From: an uncultured Gemmatimonadales bacterium
Lineage (GTDB): Bacteria > Gemmatimonadota > Gemmatimonadetes > Gemmatimonadales > GWC2-71-9
NCBI GenBank assembly: GCA_963798915.1
Contig: CAWCVB010000004.1
Span: 1-62,561 of the forward strand
Length of the DNA stretch: 62,561 bases
Direction of reading: 5' to 3'
Part shown: positions 9,919 to 19,621 of the stretch, piece after piece
How the letters are laid out: each line of letters starts with the position of its first letter
Position numbering within the stretch: the first letter of the stretch is position 1
The notes under the pieces: generated by a model
Told to the model about the DNA's origin: nothing
Seen by the model: only the letters and a program-made list of their open reading frames with translations
Database searches by the model: none
Position numbers and translations under genes: made by a program

Positions 9919-11025
9919 GTGCGTCTTTCCATCCTGTTGCTGCTCGCGGCACCGTTAGCGGCTCCGCAGCGCCTGCATTCCAATCCGTCACCATGTCGGG
10001 CGGAGCCGGGCTATCACCCCAGTCCGGGTATCGAGCTGGATGCCGGGCGCCATGAAGTGACCGCCACCCAAGGCCCGTTTTCGCCGGATGTGGTCATGCC
10101 GGGTGCCGAAGAGCCGATGATGGCCGGTATGGAGATGCCGGGCATGGCGGATACGATCGTTCAGCGATTTGCCTGGCCCGTGAAGGGCTGGCTTCGCGGC
10201 TTTCGCCTGGATGTCTGTGATGCGGCGGGGCACCCGTTCCCCGAGGAAGTGGTGCACCACATGGTGCTGGTCGATCTGGGCCGACGTCAGCTGTGGCGAC
10301 CCATCGCGGAGCGCGTGCTTGGAATCGGCGAGGAAACGTCCGATGCGTCGCTTCCGATGTCAGTGGGCGTGCCGGTCATCGCGGGGGAGCCGATGGCCAT
10401 CCACATCATGTGGCACAACATGAACGGACGTCCGATCCGCGCCTACTACCGCCTCACCCTCATCTACACGCCATCGAATGAAATGCCGCGGCCCACGTCG
10501 GTCCTGCCGGTGGTCTTCGAGGCATCACCGGCGATCGGCGCCCTGCCGGGGTATGATGTCCCCCCCGGGCGGAGCCAGCGCGGGTACGACTTCACAATTC
10601 CCGCCGGAGGCCGGGTCCTGGCCATTGGGGGCCACCTGCACGACTACGGCGAGTGGGTAGGGCTGCAGGACGGCGTTACGCAGCGGATGCTGTTTCGCGT
10701 CAAGGCGCAGCGCCGACCCGACGGCACGGTCACTGGAGTGGGCAGGCGCCTCCTGGCAATTCGAGGGCGTGGCATCCGCCTTCGCGCGGATCATCCGTAC
10801 CGGCTCGTGGCGACCTACAACAACACCTCTCCAGATACGCTGCGCGATGCCATGGCCCAGCTGGCCATGATGTTTGCGCCCGCCCATATGAGAGACTGGC
10901 CGGCGGTCGACACGACCAACGCCGAGTATCAGCAGGATCTCGAATCGCTGCGTGGTGCGCATGTGCTGGAAGAGACTGCGCATCCCGAGGTGGCGCTCGG
11001 ACGAGCCGCACTCCGGCCCGAATAG
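9919..11025 (+). CDS. Secreted hypothetical protein, possibly copper type II monooxygenase (PHM)-like
   Basis: Signal peptide after GTG start with RBS GAGGA; HH motif (VHHMVL), GGHLH, late Met (DAMAQ). Confidence 0.5.
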   Translation: MRLSILLLLAAPLAAPQRLHSNPSPCRAEPGYHPSPGIELDAGRHEVTATQGPFSPDVVMPGAEEPMMAGMEMPGMADTIVQRFAWPVKGWLRGFRLDVCDAAGHPFPEEVVHHMVLVDLGRRQLWRPIAERVLGIGEETSDASLPMSVGVPVIAGEPMAIHIMWHNMNGRPIRAYYRLTLIYTPSNEMPRPTSVLPVVFEASPAIGALPGYDVPPGRSQRGYDFTIPAGGRVLAIGGHLHDYGEWVGLQDGVTQRMLFRVKAQRRPDGTVTGVGRRLLAIRGRGIRLRADHPYRLVATYNNTSPDTLRDAMAQLAMMFAPAHMRDWPAVDTTNAEYQQDLESLRGAHVLEETAHPEVALGRAALRPE

Positions 11026-11046
11026 CCGTCGCTATATTGCGGCCTC

Positions 11047-12312
11047 ATGGCCGCGCCGCTTCACGATTCGTACGCCTCGCTCCGGATCCCCTCGTTCCGG
11101 TGGCTCGTGGCCAGCATCATGTGCATGACGGTGGCGACGCAGCTGCGCGGCGTCGTTGTGGCGTGGCAGGTCTACGCCATCACGCGAGATCCCTTGTCAC
11201 TGGGACTCATCGGCCTGGCTGAGGCGCTGCCATTCATCGGTGTCGCCCTGTTCGCGGGCCACGTGGCCGATCGGCTCGACCGCCGGCGGATCGTCCTCGC
11301 CGCGCTGGTGCTCACCCTCGCCTGTGCCGTGGCATTTCTCGTCATCACTTTCCGGGGGCGCCAGCACCCGTGGCATTCCGCGGTCCCGTTCTACGCCGTC
11401 ATCTTCGTGAGTGGCATCGGCCGCAGCTTCCTGATGCCCGCCCGCACCGCCCTCGCAGCAGAGCTGGTGCCACGTGAGCTCTATGCCAATGCCACGGCAT
11501 GGCGGACGTCTTCGTGGCAATTTGCGGCCGTGACCGGTCCGGCACTCGGCGGTGTGCTGTACGCGGTTGGTGGCCCGCTCACTGCCTATTCGGCGGACGT
11601 CGCGCTCATGCTGGTGGCGCTCATTGCCATGCGCGGCGTGAAGGCCCCGGCGGTACGACGTACACCCTCCACCGGCTCGATCATTCGCGGACTCAAGGAA
11701 GGCGTGGCTTTCCTCCGAGGTCAGGCGGTACTGCTCGGGGCCATGTCCCTCGATCTGTTTTCGGTGCTCTTCGGCGGAGCGGTCGCCCTGCTCCCGATCT
11801 TCGCGTCCGACATCCTGCACGTGGGTCCGGCGGGACTGGGGGCGCTCCGGGCCGCGCCGGCGGCCGGCGCGGTGGTGATGTCCCTCTGGCTGGCGCACCG
11901 GCCGCCACTGCGCCGAGCCGGGCGTTCCCTGCTGATAAACGTGGGCCTCTATGGCGCCGCCATGATCGGCTTTGCGTTCTCGCGTCACTTTGTTCTCTCG
12001 CTGGTCCTGCTCGCGGCCAGCGGCATGGTGGACACGGTCAGCGTCGTGGTGCGCTCCACGTTGCTCCAGATCTTCACGCCTGACGCGCTACTCGGTCGCG
12101 TGGCGGCCGTCAATGCGGTCTTCATCGGCTCGAGCAATGAAATCGGGGCGTTTGAATCGGGCGTGACGGCGCGCTTGCTGGGCGCCGTGGGATCCGTTCT
12201 GCTCGGGGGCGCCATGACACTTGGCGTGGTGGGCCTCACCGCCTGGCGGGCACCGGCATTGCGGCGGCTGGGACAGATGACGGGAGGACGGGAAGACGGG
12301 ATGACGGGATGA
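11047..12312 (+). CDS. MFS transporter (EntS/DHA3-like)
   Basis: About 12 hydrophobic segments, motif A GHVADRLDRRR, TPDALLGRV. Confidence 0.9.
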   Translation: MAAPLHDSYASLRIPSFRWLVASIMCMTVATQLRGVVVAWQVYAITRDPLSLGLIGLAEALPFIGVALFAGHVADRLDRRRIVLAALVLTLACAVAFLVITFRGRQHPWHSAVPFYAVIFVSGIGRSFLMPARTALAAELVPRELYANATAWRTSSWQFAAVTGPALGGVLYAVGGPLTAYSADVALMLVALIAMRGVKAPAVRRTPSTGSIIRGLKEGVAFLRGQAVLLGAMSLDLFSVLFGGAVALLPIFASDILHVGPAGLGALRAAPAAGAVVMSLWLAHRPPLRRAGRSLLINVGLYGAAMIGFAFSRHFVLSLVLLAASGMVDTVSVVVRSTLLQIFTPDALLGRVAAVNAVFIGSSNEIGAFESGVTARLLGAVGSVLLGGAMTLGVVGLTAWRAPALRRLGQMTGGREDGMTG

Positions 12313-12359
12313 GCTGGAAGGGGAGCATCCCCCCCGCCTTCCCGTCTTCCCGCCTTCCC
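12279..12359. repeat. Inverted pair of 8-bp tandem repeats
   Basis: GACGGGAN x4 (12279-12310) facing CCCGYCTT x3 (12333-12359). Confidence 0.7.
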
Positions 12360-12380
12360 ACTACCTTTCCCGCCCACTCA

Positions 12381-12454
12381 CGGGACGTAGCGCAGTCCGG
12401 TAGCGCACTGCAATGGGGTTGCAGGGGTCGCGGGTTCAAATCCCGCCGTCCCGA
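12381..12454 (+). tRNA. tRNA-Pro(GGG)
   Basis: Anticodon arm CTGCA-ATGGGGT-TGCAG; GGTTCAAATCC; acceptor CGGGACG/CGTCCCG. Confidence 0.95.
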
Positions 12455-12463
12455 TCGTGATCG

Positions 12464-12488
12464 GAAGCCGGCTCTCGGGCCGGCTTTC
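12464..12488 (+). terminator. Terminator after tRNA-Pro
   Basis: AAGCCGGCTC-TCG-GGCCGGCTTT. Confidence 0.6.
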
Positions 12489-12523
12489 GTCTTGTCCGAT
12501 TCCGCCATCGAAAGGTGCCCGTG

Positions 12524-12973
12524 ATGTCACTCCGTCCGTTCGCGCTGGCGCCGCTCCTGTTGCTGGCGTCCTGCCATCTCAACGACCTCCGGAGCCGTCC
12601 CGTGACCGATCCCGATTCCTTCGCGGCCAAGCTGGATGTCGAACCTGACGCGCTGACGGCTACGCCCACCGGCCTCCGGTACCGTGACCTTGAGGTGGGG
12701 CATGGTGCCATGGCGCAGCCCGGCCAGTTGCTGAAAGTCCGCTACAGCGGCTGGCTGACGAATGGCACCCCATTCGACTCCGGCGTCTACTCCTTCGCGC
12801 TGGGTGAGCACCAGGTCATCGACGGATGGGATCAGGGTCTGGCGGGCATGCGGGTGGGAGGCAAGCGCAAGCTGGTGATTCCGCCCGAGCTGGGTTACGG
12901 GCCGCAGGCCGTCGGCGCCATCCCGCCCAATTCGATCCTGGTCTTCGATGTGGAGCTGCTGGGCATCGAGTAG
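12524..12973 (+). CDS. FKBP-type peptidyl-prolyl isomerase (lipoprotein)
   Basis: GLRYRDL..G.G, VRYSGWL.NG..FDS, VIDGWDQG, GGKRKLVIPPELGYG, IPPNSILVFDVEL. Confidence 0.95.
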   Translation: MSLRPFALAPLLLLASCHLNDLRSRPVTDPDSFAAKLDVEPDALTATPTGLRYRDLEVGHGAMAQPGQLLKVRYSGWLTNGTPFDSGVYSFALGEHQVIDGWDQGLAGMRVGGKRKLVIPPELGYGPQAVGAIPPNSILVFDVELLGIE

Positions 12974-13136
12974 CCGGCAGGCCGCCAGCGTGTTGCGGTT
13001 GGAAACGGCGAGTGCGGGTGAGCACCGTCACAGCGTTGACGAGGGCAGTTCCTGAAATTCAGCGCATGTGAGCGGACACCGGCCCCGACGAGATCAGGCG
13101 GTGTTCTTCCCGTACCCGCCGGATCCAGGAGGAGAC

Positions 13137-13796
13137 ATGACTCGACACTGGACGTCTCGCACCACTTTCGCCGTGAGCATGGTCGCCGCGATGGCGCTGA
13201 CTGGTGCCTGCACGCCAAAAGTGACGCAGGAAGACTTCAACAGCGAAGTTGCCAAGCTGCGTGAGGAGATGCAGAGCGGCGATCAGCAGCTCGGCACGCG
13301 GGTGGATTCGCTCGACGGGCGGGTCAACGCGCTGGAGCAGGAACTGGCGGCGTTCCGCAGTGAGTACAACGTCAGCATCGAGAAGATGAAAGGCGCCTTG
13401 AAGTTCGATGTGCCGGTGCACTTCGATTTCGATGAAGCCATGATCCGCGATACCGACCGGCCGGTGCTTGACCGTTTTGCCAATGTGGTCCAGCAGTACT
13501 ACCCCGATGCGGTCATCACCATCGAAGGATTCGCCGATCCCGCCGGCTCGCAGTCCTACAACCGCCAGCTCGGCATGCGCCGGGCCGAGGCGGTGCGCGA
13601 TTACCTGAGCGGCAACGGTACCATGACCGGTGCGAGCTTCCGTACGGTGAGTTATGGCGAGACGCGTGACCGTCAGGTCGCGCCAGGTGAGCAGGGACCC
13701 GGAGATGCCGGGCTCAAGAATCGGCGCGTGGCGCTGGTAATCGATTATGCCTCGACTGATTCGACGGCGCAGACCGACCAGATGTCCTTGCGGTAA
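13137..13796 (+). CDS. OmpA/Pal-family peptidoglycan-binding lipoprotein
   Basis: RBS AGGAGG; lipobox TGAC; VHFDFD, IEGFAD..G...YN..LG.RRAEAV, NRRV. Confidence 0.9.
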   Translation: MTRHWTSRTTFAVSMVAAMALTGACTPKVTQEDFNSEVAKLREEMQSGDQQLGTRVDSLDGRVNALEQELAAFRSEYNVSIEKMKGALKFDVPVHFDFDEAMIRDTDRPVLDRFANVVQQYYPDAVITIEGFADPAGSQSYNRQLGMRRAEAVRDYLSGNGTMTGASFRTVSYGETRDRQVAPGEQGPGDAGLKNRRVALVIDYASTDSTAQTDQMSLR

Positions 13797-13825
13797 GCGA
13801 AGCGAGCAGGTCTGACGTGGTCCCG

Positions 13826-13856
13826 ACCGCCCCGGAAGCTCCGGGGCGGTTTCTTT
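13826..13856 (+). terminator. Rho-independent terminator
   Basis: ACCGCCCCGG-AAGCT-CCGGGGCGGT then TTCTTT. Confidence 0.8.
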
Positions 13857-13915
13857 CATGGCCGCGCAGCTGGACGGAGGCGCGGGCGAGCAAGTGCGAA
13901 GCGCCGGCATCCAAA

Positions 13916-13951
13916 CAAGAGACCCCGGGGAAGTCTTCCCGGGGTCCCTTG
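13916..13951 (-). terminator. Hairpin downstream of the small minus-strand gene
   Basis: GACCCCGGG-...-CCCGGGGTC. Confidence 0.6.
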
Positions 13952-13980
13952 TCTCTCGGTGTACGGCAGAACGGGTCTGG

Positions 13981-14271
13981 TCAGAAGTAGAAGATGGTCA
14001 CGGGGTGAGCTCTCGGTTGTGGCCGCGTCTCGCGACCAGTGGCCACGCTCGGGGTCCCGCGCGTGGTGATCATGAGCCATGGACGCTGCTGCACGACGGG
14101 CAACACCTGCCCAGTCTTGAACCCGACTTGGCGCCGCAGCACCGCCCGGGCGTCGAGCGAGCTGGACACATCTACGACCGTGGCATGCACTTGCAATCTG
14201 CCACTCTGTTGGGCACTCAGGCGTGCGGCCAGCACTGGGCTCGCGCCGAGCACCAGTGCAATTGTCAGCAT
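13981..14271 (-). CDS. Small secreted pilin-like protein (96 aa)
   Basis: RBS GGAAGG, signal peptide, AQQSGRLQVHATVV start and VTIFYF end echo the neighbouring pilins; own terminator. Confidence 0.5.
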   Translation of the reverse strand: MLTIALVLGASPVLAARLSAQQSGRLQVHATVVDVSSSLDARAVLRRQVGFKTGQVLPVVQQRPWLMITTRGTPSVATGRETRPQPRAHPVTIFYF

Positions 14272-14647
14272 CCTTCCGCATCGCCCTGGCCGCATCCGTT
14301 GCACTCCTCGCTGGCGCCCTGCCTCCCATCAAGGCAAGACCCGACCCACGGATTATGGCGCCGGTCAGTGAGGACGCAACGTGCTGGACAGTAGCGGGTT
14401 AGGCCGGCAGCTGCGCGTGGCTCTTAAGCGCGTGCAAATCGTATGATTATTTGACGTCCCATGTATCAATACAAGTCACGTATTCGCAAGTGGTTCGGGA
14501 CAATGGAGATCGGAATTACTGTCGTATTAATTGACGAAGCGGCGTGGTGCCGGGCCTGTGGCACCTCCGTTGCCCGTAGCATCCCGGACGCTCGCGGCAT
14601 CGAGGCCCGAGCGCAGCTTGCCACCTCATCACGGGATCTGACAGACC

Positions 14648-15142
14648 ATGCGTACCTCTCTCGCGTTTGCGCTTGCGGCAGCGGCGGTGTTGACCGTGCC
14701 GGCGCGCGCCCAGAACAGCGGCAGCATCAACGCCACCGCCTCCGTCCTGAACGCCATCGCCGTCACCGGAAGTGACCTTGCCTTCGGCAACGTCGCCCAG
14801 AGCCAGGTCAAGACGGTCGCGCCGAACGGAACCGGCGCCGGCACCTTTACGGTTGCTGGCACGGTCAACACGCCCGTGGTGCTCTCGTTCAGCTCCCTGC
14901 CCGCCGACGTCAACAGCGTTGATCTGCCGCTGTCCGCCTGGCAGTTCATGGCGGCTGACGTGAATTCCACGGCCAGTCTCTCGGCCTCGCCGATCGTCGT
15001 GGGCAACACCTTCACTGGCACGCTGAACGCCACCGGCGGCTATTTCGTCTGGGTCGGCGCGACGGTGAGCGCGGCGGCCGCGGCAGCCCCGGGCAACTAC
15101 ACCAGCACGACGCCGATTACCCTCGAAGTCGTCTATCAATAA
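14648..15142 (+). CDS. Fimbrial subunit-like protein 1 (DUF4402/SCPU-like)
   Basis: Signal peptide, DLAFG, GTFTVAG, VWVGATV, PGNY...ITLEVVYQ with penultimate Tyr. Confidence 0.75.
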   Translation: MRTSLAFALAAAAVLTVPARAQNSGSINATASVLNAIAVTGSDLAFGNVAQSQVKTVAPNGTGAGTFTVAGTVNTPVVLSFSSLPADVNSVDLPLSAWQFMAADVNSTASLSASPIVVGNTFTGTLNATGGYFVWVGATVSAAAAAAPGNYTSTTPITLEVVYQ

Positions 15143-15210
15143 CGGACCCACCCCCGCGGCTTTGGAGGCGACGGCGGCGGCCGGCGCCTCCGCCGCGCCG
15201 GGCTCCGCCC

Positions 15211-15687
15211 ATGCGCCGCTCCCTGGTCCTGCTGCTGCTTGCATGTGCCGCGCCCTCGACCCTGCGGGCGCAATTCACGGGCAACGCCCTGGTCACGCTG
15301 CGGCTGTTGCCGGCGATCACGGTGACCGGCACGCAGGATCTTGATTTTGGAAACATCGCGCCAACACAGGTGTCCACGGTTCAGGCCAAGAATGGCGGCC
15401 GCTTCTCCGTGCAGGGAACGGCCAGCACCCCCGTCGTCATCCAGTTCACATCGCTGCCCGCATCGTTGGGACCCAACCTGGCTCTCACCGGCTGGACCGG
15501 GCTTCGGAACACGGTACCCGGCAGTGGAAGCGCCACCGTCATGACGCCAGTGCCCGGTGGTTCGCTCAGTGCAACCCTGGCCGGCACCGGCCGCTATTAT
15601 CTCTGGCTGGGCGCCACCCTGACCGCCTCCAATGCTGCCAGTGGGACCTACAGCGTGCCGGTCATCATCACGGTCGTCTACAACTAG
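15211..15687 (+). CDS. Fimbrial subunit-like protein 2 (DUF4402-like)
   Basis: DLDFG, GRFSVQG, LWLGATL, SGTY...ITVVYN; paralog of subunit 1. Confidence 0.75.
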   Translation: MRRSLVLLLLACAAPSTLRAQFTGNALVTLRLLPAITVTGTQDLDFGNIAPTQVSTVQAKNGGRFSVQGTASTPVVIQFTSLPASLGPNLALTGWTGLRNTVPGSGSATVMTPVPGGSLSATLAGTGRYYLWLGATLTASNAASGTYSVPVIITVVYN

Positions 15688-15749
15688 GGCGCCCACCGTA
15701 CTAGATTGTGCGCATTCCGCTCTCATCCCAGCAATTGTCCCGGAGACGC

Positions 15750-16214
15750 ATGCGTCGTTTCGCGCTCGTACTCGGCCTTGCCGCGTTCATCACCCTCCCG
15801 GCCGCAGCCCAGAACCGGAAGATCCGTGTGGACGGCATCCGGCCGCTGGCCTTCGGCGCATTGCTGGCCGGCACACCGGCAACGGTACTGCGGACTGATC
15901 CTGCTCGCTCGGGCCAGTTCGACCTGACGGCACAGAACAACGACACAGTGATCCTCAGCTTTTCCCTTCCCTCATCCATGAGTGGGCCCGCGGGCGCGTC
16001 CATGCCGCTGTCCTTCGGCGGCTCGGATGCCGGGTTCTCCTCGGCACAGAGCATCGGTGATCAGGTGGCGTTCGATCCGCGCCAGTCGTACGTCGCCACC
16101 ATGTCGCAACAGGGGCGGGGCTCGGTCTTTCTCGGCGGCGCTGTCTCGCCTGGCTTCAACCAGCGCGCCGGTGCCTACACCGCAACCATCACCCTCACGG
16201 TCATGTATCCATGA
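15750..16214 (+). CDS. Fimbrial subunit-like protein 3 (DUF4402-like)
   Basis: PLAFG, GQFDL, VFLGG, AGAYTATITLTVMYP. Confidence 0.75.
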   Translation: MRRFALVLGLAAFITLPAAAQNRKIRVDGIRPLAFGALLAGTPATVLRTDPARSGQFDLTAQNNDTVILSFSLPSSMSGPAGASMPLSFGGSDAGFSSAQSIGDQVAFDPRQSYVATMSQQGRGSVFLGGAVSPGFNQRAGAYTATITLTVMYP

Positions 16215-17041
16215 AGCGAGCCGCCGCAGTCCTGCTCCTGACCATGCTGGCACCGGCAGTGGTAAGGTCCCAGGGCGTCCTGGTGGCACCGACATCGGTC
16301 TTTCTCGATGGCCGGAGCCGTACTGCCACCGTGCTGCTGGTGAACCCGAACGATCAGGCCGTCGAGGTCACGCTTTCGACCACGTACGGTTACGCCATCA
16401 CCGACTCCTCGGGCCACTTTGCCGCCTGGCTCACCGATACGCCGGACAGTACTGCGCCGAATGCCTCGCCCTGGATCCGGATCTTTCCCCGGCGAGCCAG
16501 CCTGGCGCCCCGGGCGCAGCAGGTCATTCGGCTGCTCATTACGCCGCCGCCCGGCCTGGCTACCGGCGAGTACTGGGCGCGCCTGGTGGTCCTTGCACGC
16601 GGCGGCCAGATGGCCATGTCGGAGCCGAGCGATTCCACCAGCGTCACGATCGGGCTCCCGATGCAGGTGCGCACGGTGCTGCCGGTGCTCTACCGCAATG
16701 GCAAGGTGGAAACCGGCGCCGCCGTCGACAGCCTGCGGGCGCGCAACGAGGGCGATTCGCTCGTCGTGCAGGCGCGCATCTCGCATCTGGGTAACGCCGC
16801 ACTTCTGGCCACGGTCCGCGGCACGCTCACCGATTCTGCCGGCACGCTGCGGGGGCACTTTGCCCAGCCGGTGTCGGTCTACGCCCCGATTCAGCCGCGA
16901 TTCTCCTTCCCGCTGGACTCACTGCCTGCGGGTCGCTATCTGCTCCGGATCGAGGTGGCACCCGGCCGGCAGGACCTGCCCTCCGAAGTGCTGCTGCCGT
17001 TTCGCGCCGCGCGCGACTCGCTATCCATTGTCATTCCCTGA
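16211..17041 (+). CDS. PapD-like periplasmic pilus chaperone
   Basis: QGVLVAPTSVFLD, WIRIFPRR.SLAP...QVIRL, GEYWARL; ATGA-coupled to pilin 3. Confidence 0.75.
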   Translation: MKRAAAVLLLTMLAPAVVRSQGVLVAPTSVFLDGRSRTATVLLVNPNDQAVEVTLSTTYGYAITDSSGHFAAWLTDTPDSTAPNASPWIRIFPRRASLAPRAQQVIRLLITPPPGLATGEYWARLVVLARGGQMAMSEPSDSTSVTIGLPMQVRTVLPVLYRNGKVETGAAVDSLRARNEGDSLVVQARISHLGNAALLATVRGTLTDSAGTLRGHFAQPVSVYAPIQPRFSFPLDSLPAGRYLLRIEVAPGRQDLPSEVLLPFRAARDSLSIVIP

Positions 17042-17044
17042 TTG

Positions 17045-19618
17045 ATGCGTCGCCGGACCGGAGTGCTGCGTACCGTGGTTCCGCTGTTGCTCGCCGCGCT
17101 GCCGGTACGGCTTGAGGCGCAGCGGCAGACGGACACGGTCCCGGAACTCGGCATCGTCGAGCTGCGCCTCGGTCGAGTGGTAGCCCGGACGGTGCAGGCG
17201 TACCGCGTCGGGGACGACGCCCTCATTCCGCTCTCGCAGTTTCTCGAGCTGGCCGAGATCCGTGGCGAGTTCGACACCAGCGGCTCGGTCCGCGCCATCA
17301 TGGAGCCGCTGCACGTTCCCCTGATTGTTGATGCGCACGCTCGCACGGCTTCGCTGGGTCGACGCACCATCCATCTGACTTCAACAGAATTCGTCCGTCA
17401 GCCCGCGGAGACCTTTGTCTCGGCGGCACGGATCGCTGAACTGCTGGGGCTTGACCTGGCAGTGGACTGGACCGCGCTGGAAGTCGTCGTACGAAATCCG
17501 GCCCGGCTGCCGGTGGGGCTCCGGCTCCAGCGGGAGGCCGCCCGGGCATCCCTGCTGCGCGAGTTGCCCGAGCTTTCGCCTGACCTGGTCGTTGGACCAG
17601 GTCGCCGGCCGGTGGACGGGTTCGTGCTGGATTACTCGATCTTCTCGCCCAGCAGCGACGTGTTCGGCGGCGCCACGTACAGCGTGGCCGCCGGCGCCGG
17701 TGTCGGCGGCGGGTCGCTGGAAATGGGCATCCGCAGCCAGGGGCCGGCATCGAGCGGTGATGTGCGATTCGACGGCAGTTGGCTTGGGGTGTGGCGGAAC
17801 CAGGCGTGGCTCAGGCAGCTGCGCGTCGGCGACGGTCTCGGCTCGGGCGAGAACCCCCGCGCGGTCCGCGGCCTGTACCTGACCAATGCGCCCTTTCTCC
17901 GTCCGTCGCTGGTGAGCGACATCGCCTACGCCGGCAGGCTGCCACCCGGCTGGCAGCTCGAAGCCTATCGCAATGGTGTGCTGGTCGGAGTGGACAGCGT
18001 GCGGACCGACGGCAGCTACTCAGTCGAGCTGCCGGTGCTGTATGGCGAGAACCCGGTCGACTTCGTGGCCTATGGTCCTTACGGCGAACGGCGGGAATTC
18101 AGCCGGAAGTACCTGGTGCCGAGCGCGCTCCTGCCCGTGGGCCGGTTCGAGTATGGTGTCTCCGCCGGCCAATGCCGCATCGACCAGTGCGATGCCGCGG
18201 CCAACGTCGATCTGCGCGCCGGGCTGACCAGGCAGTGGACCGTGGGCGGCGGTTTCGACCAGTTCTGGCGTGACAGTCTTGCCGATCGCTCTCATCCGTA
18301 CCTCAATGCAATCGGCACCATGGCCGATGCCTGGACCACCGAAGCCAGTGTTGCGTGGCACGGCTTTGAGCGACTCCGGCTCTCCTACGAGCCGACGCTC
18401 GACCTGCGGCTCGGCACCGAAGCGACCTTCTATTCGCCGGTGACTGACGAGCCGATCCTCAATCCCCTCCAGCGACGCTCCCAGTTCCAGCTCAACGGCT
18501 TCTGGCGACCCGACCCGCGTCGGAACTATCTCTATCTCGACGGGCGGTTCGAGTACGCCACTACGGAGGGTGGCTCGACCGCCCGCTCCAGACTTGGTGT
18601 GTCAGTCGATCTGGCTGGCGTGCGGGCTGTGCCTTACGTGCGATTTCAGCGCAATGCCGTGACTGGGGGGGCGGCCCAGACTGATAAGTTCGCGGGCGTG
18701 GACGCTTTTGCGGTGCCCAACGCGCACTGGGGATCCACCTTCCGCCACTTATGGTTTCGTGGCTCCTACGAGGCCCAGGGCGACGGCTCCAGTGCGTACG
18801 CCGCGCTGTCCATTGCCCGTACCCTGTCGCCGTCATTGCGACTCGAGTCCGGCGTCAGCTGGACGCGCGGGGGAGGTGGTGTCACGTGGACGCTTGCGCT
18901 CTCGACCGCCCTGCCGCAATTGCGCGCCTTTACCCAGGTGACAGCCCCGCCCTCCGGTTCGGTCGGGGCCACGCAGTATGTGCAGGGCTCAGTGCTCTAT
19001 GACAACAGCCGGCGCGCGCTGGCCCTCGAGGCCGGGCCGTCGCTGCAGCGCGCCGGCCTCGCCGGCCGGGTCTTCCTGGACCAGAACAGCAACGGCAAGC
19101 TGGACGAGGGCGAGCCAGGACTTGGGCGTGTGCGCGTGCAGGTGGGGACGGCGAGCGGCTTCAGCGACTCGCTCGGGAGTTACCGGGTCTGGGATCTCGT
19201 GCCGTTCGAACCAGTGCTGGTGACCGTGGACTCCCTGAGCTTCCAGTCGCCGCTATGGGTGCCGGCGTTCGAGGCGGCCGTGGCGTATCCGGCGCCCAAT
19301 GCTGTCACCCGGGTGGATGTTCCCCTCCAGCTGGGCGCCGTCATAGAGGGCTCGGTGGAGCGAGGGCCGGCACACGAAGCCGTGGCGGCCGTTCCGCTGG
19401 TGTTGACGGACCGGCGCACCGGGCGCACGCGAACGATCTCGACGTTTTCGGATGGGACCTTCTACGCGATGGGCATTACCGCAGGCGAGTGGGAGATTCG
19501 AATTGCTCCGGCCGCGCTCCAGCTCCTGGATGTCACGGCCGATCCGCTCGTCTTTACGGTGCCCGCCGGAGCAAGCGAGGTGCCGCACCTGGTGGTGCGG
19601 CTGGCCTCGCGCCCCTGA
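17045..19618 (+). CDS. Usher-like outer membrane protein with C-terminal SdrD-B/carboxypeptidase-regulatory-like domains
   Basis: ~857 aa, beta-rich; plug-like LPPGWQLEAYRNG...LYGEN...YGPYGE; GRVFLDQNSNGKLDEGEPG. Confidence 0.7.
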   Translation: MRRRTGVLRTVVPLLLAALPVRLEAQRQTDTVPELGIVELRLGRVVARTVQAYRVGDDALIPLSQFLELAEIRGEFDTSGSVRAIMEPLHVPLIVDAHARTASLGRRTIHLTSTEFVRQPAETFVSAARIAELLGLDLAVDWTALEVVVRNPARLPVGLRLQREAARASLLRELPELSPDLVVGPGRRPVDGFVLDYSIFSPSSDVFGGATYSVAAGAGVGGGSLEMGIRSQGPASSGDVRFDGSWLGVWRNQAWLRQLRVGDGLGSGENPRAVRGLYLTNAPFLRPSLVSDIAYAGRLPPGWQLEAYRNGVLVGVDSVRTDGSYSVELPVLYGENPVDFVAYGPYGERREFSRKYLVPSALLPVGRFEYGVSAGQCRIDQCDAAANVDLRAGLTRQWTVGGGFDQFWRDSLADRSHPYLNAIGTMADAWTTEASVAWHGFERLRLSYEPTLDLRLGTEATFYSPVTDEPILNPLQRRSQFQLNGFWRPDPRRNYLYLDGRFEYATTEGGSTARSRLGVSVDLAGVRAVPYVRFQRNAVTGGAAQTDKFAGVDAFAVPNAHWGSTFRHLWFRGSYEAQGDGSSAYAALSIARTLSPSLRLESGVSWTRGGGGVTWTLALSTALPQLRAFTQVTAPPSGSVGATQYVQGSVLYDNSRRALALEAGPSLQRAGLAGRVFLDQNSNGKLDEGEPGLGRVRVQVGTASGFSDSLGSYRVWDLVPFEPVLVTVDSLSFQSPLWVPAFEAAVAYPAPNAVTRVDVPLQLGAVIEGSVERGPAHEAVAAVPLVLTDRRTGRTRTISTFSDGTFYAMGITAGEWEIRIAPAALQLLDVTADPLVFTVPAGASEVPHLVVRLASRP

Positions 19619-19621
19619 TGA

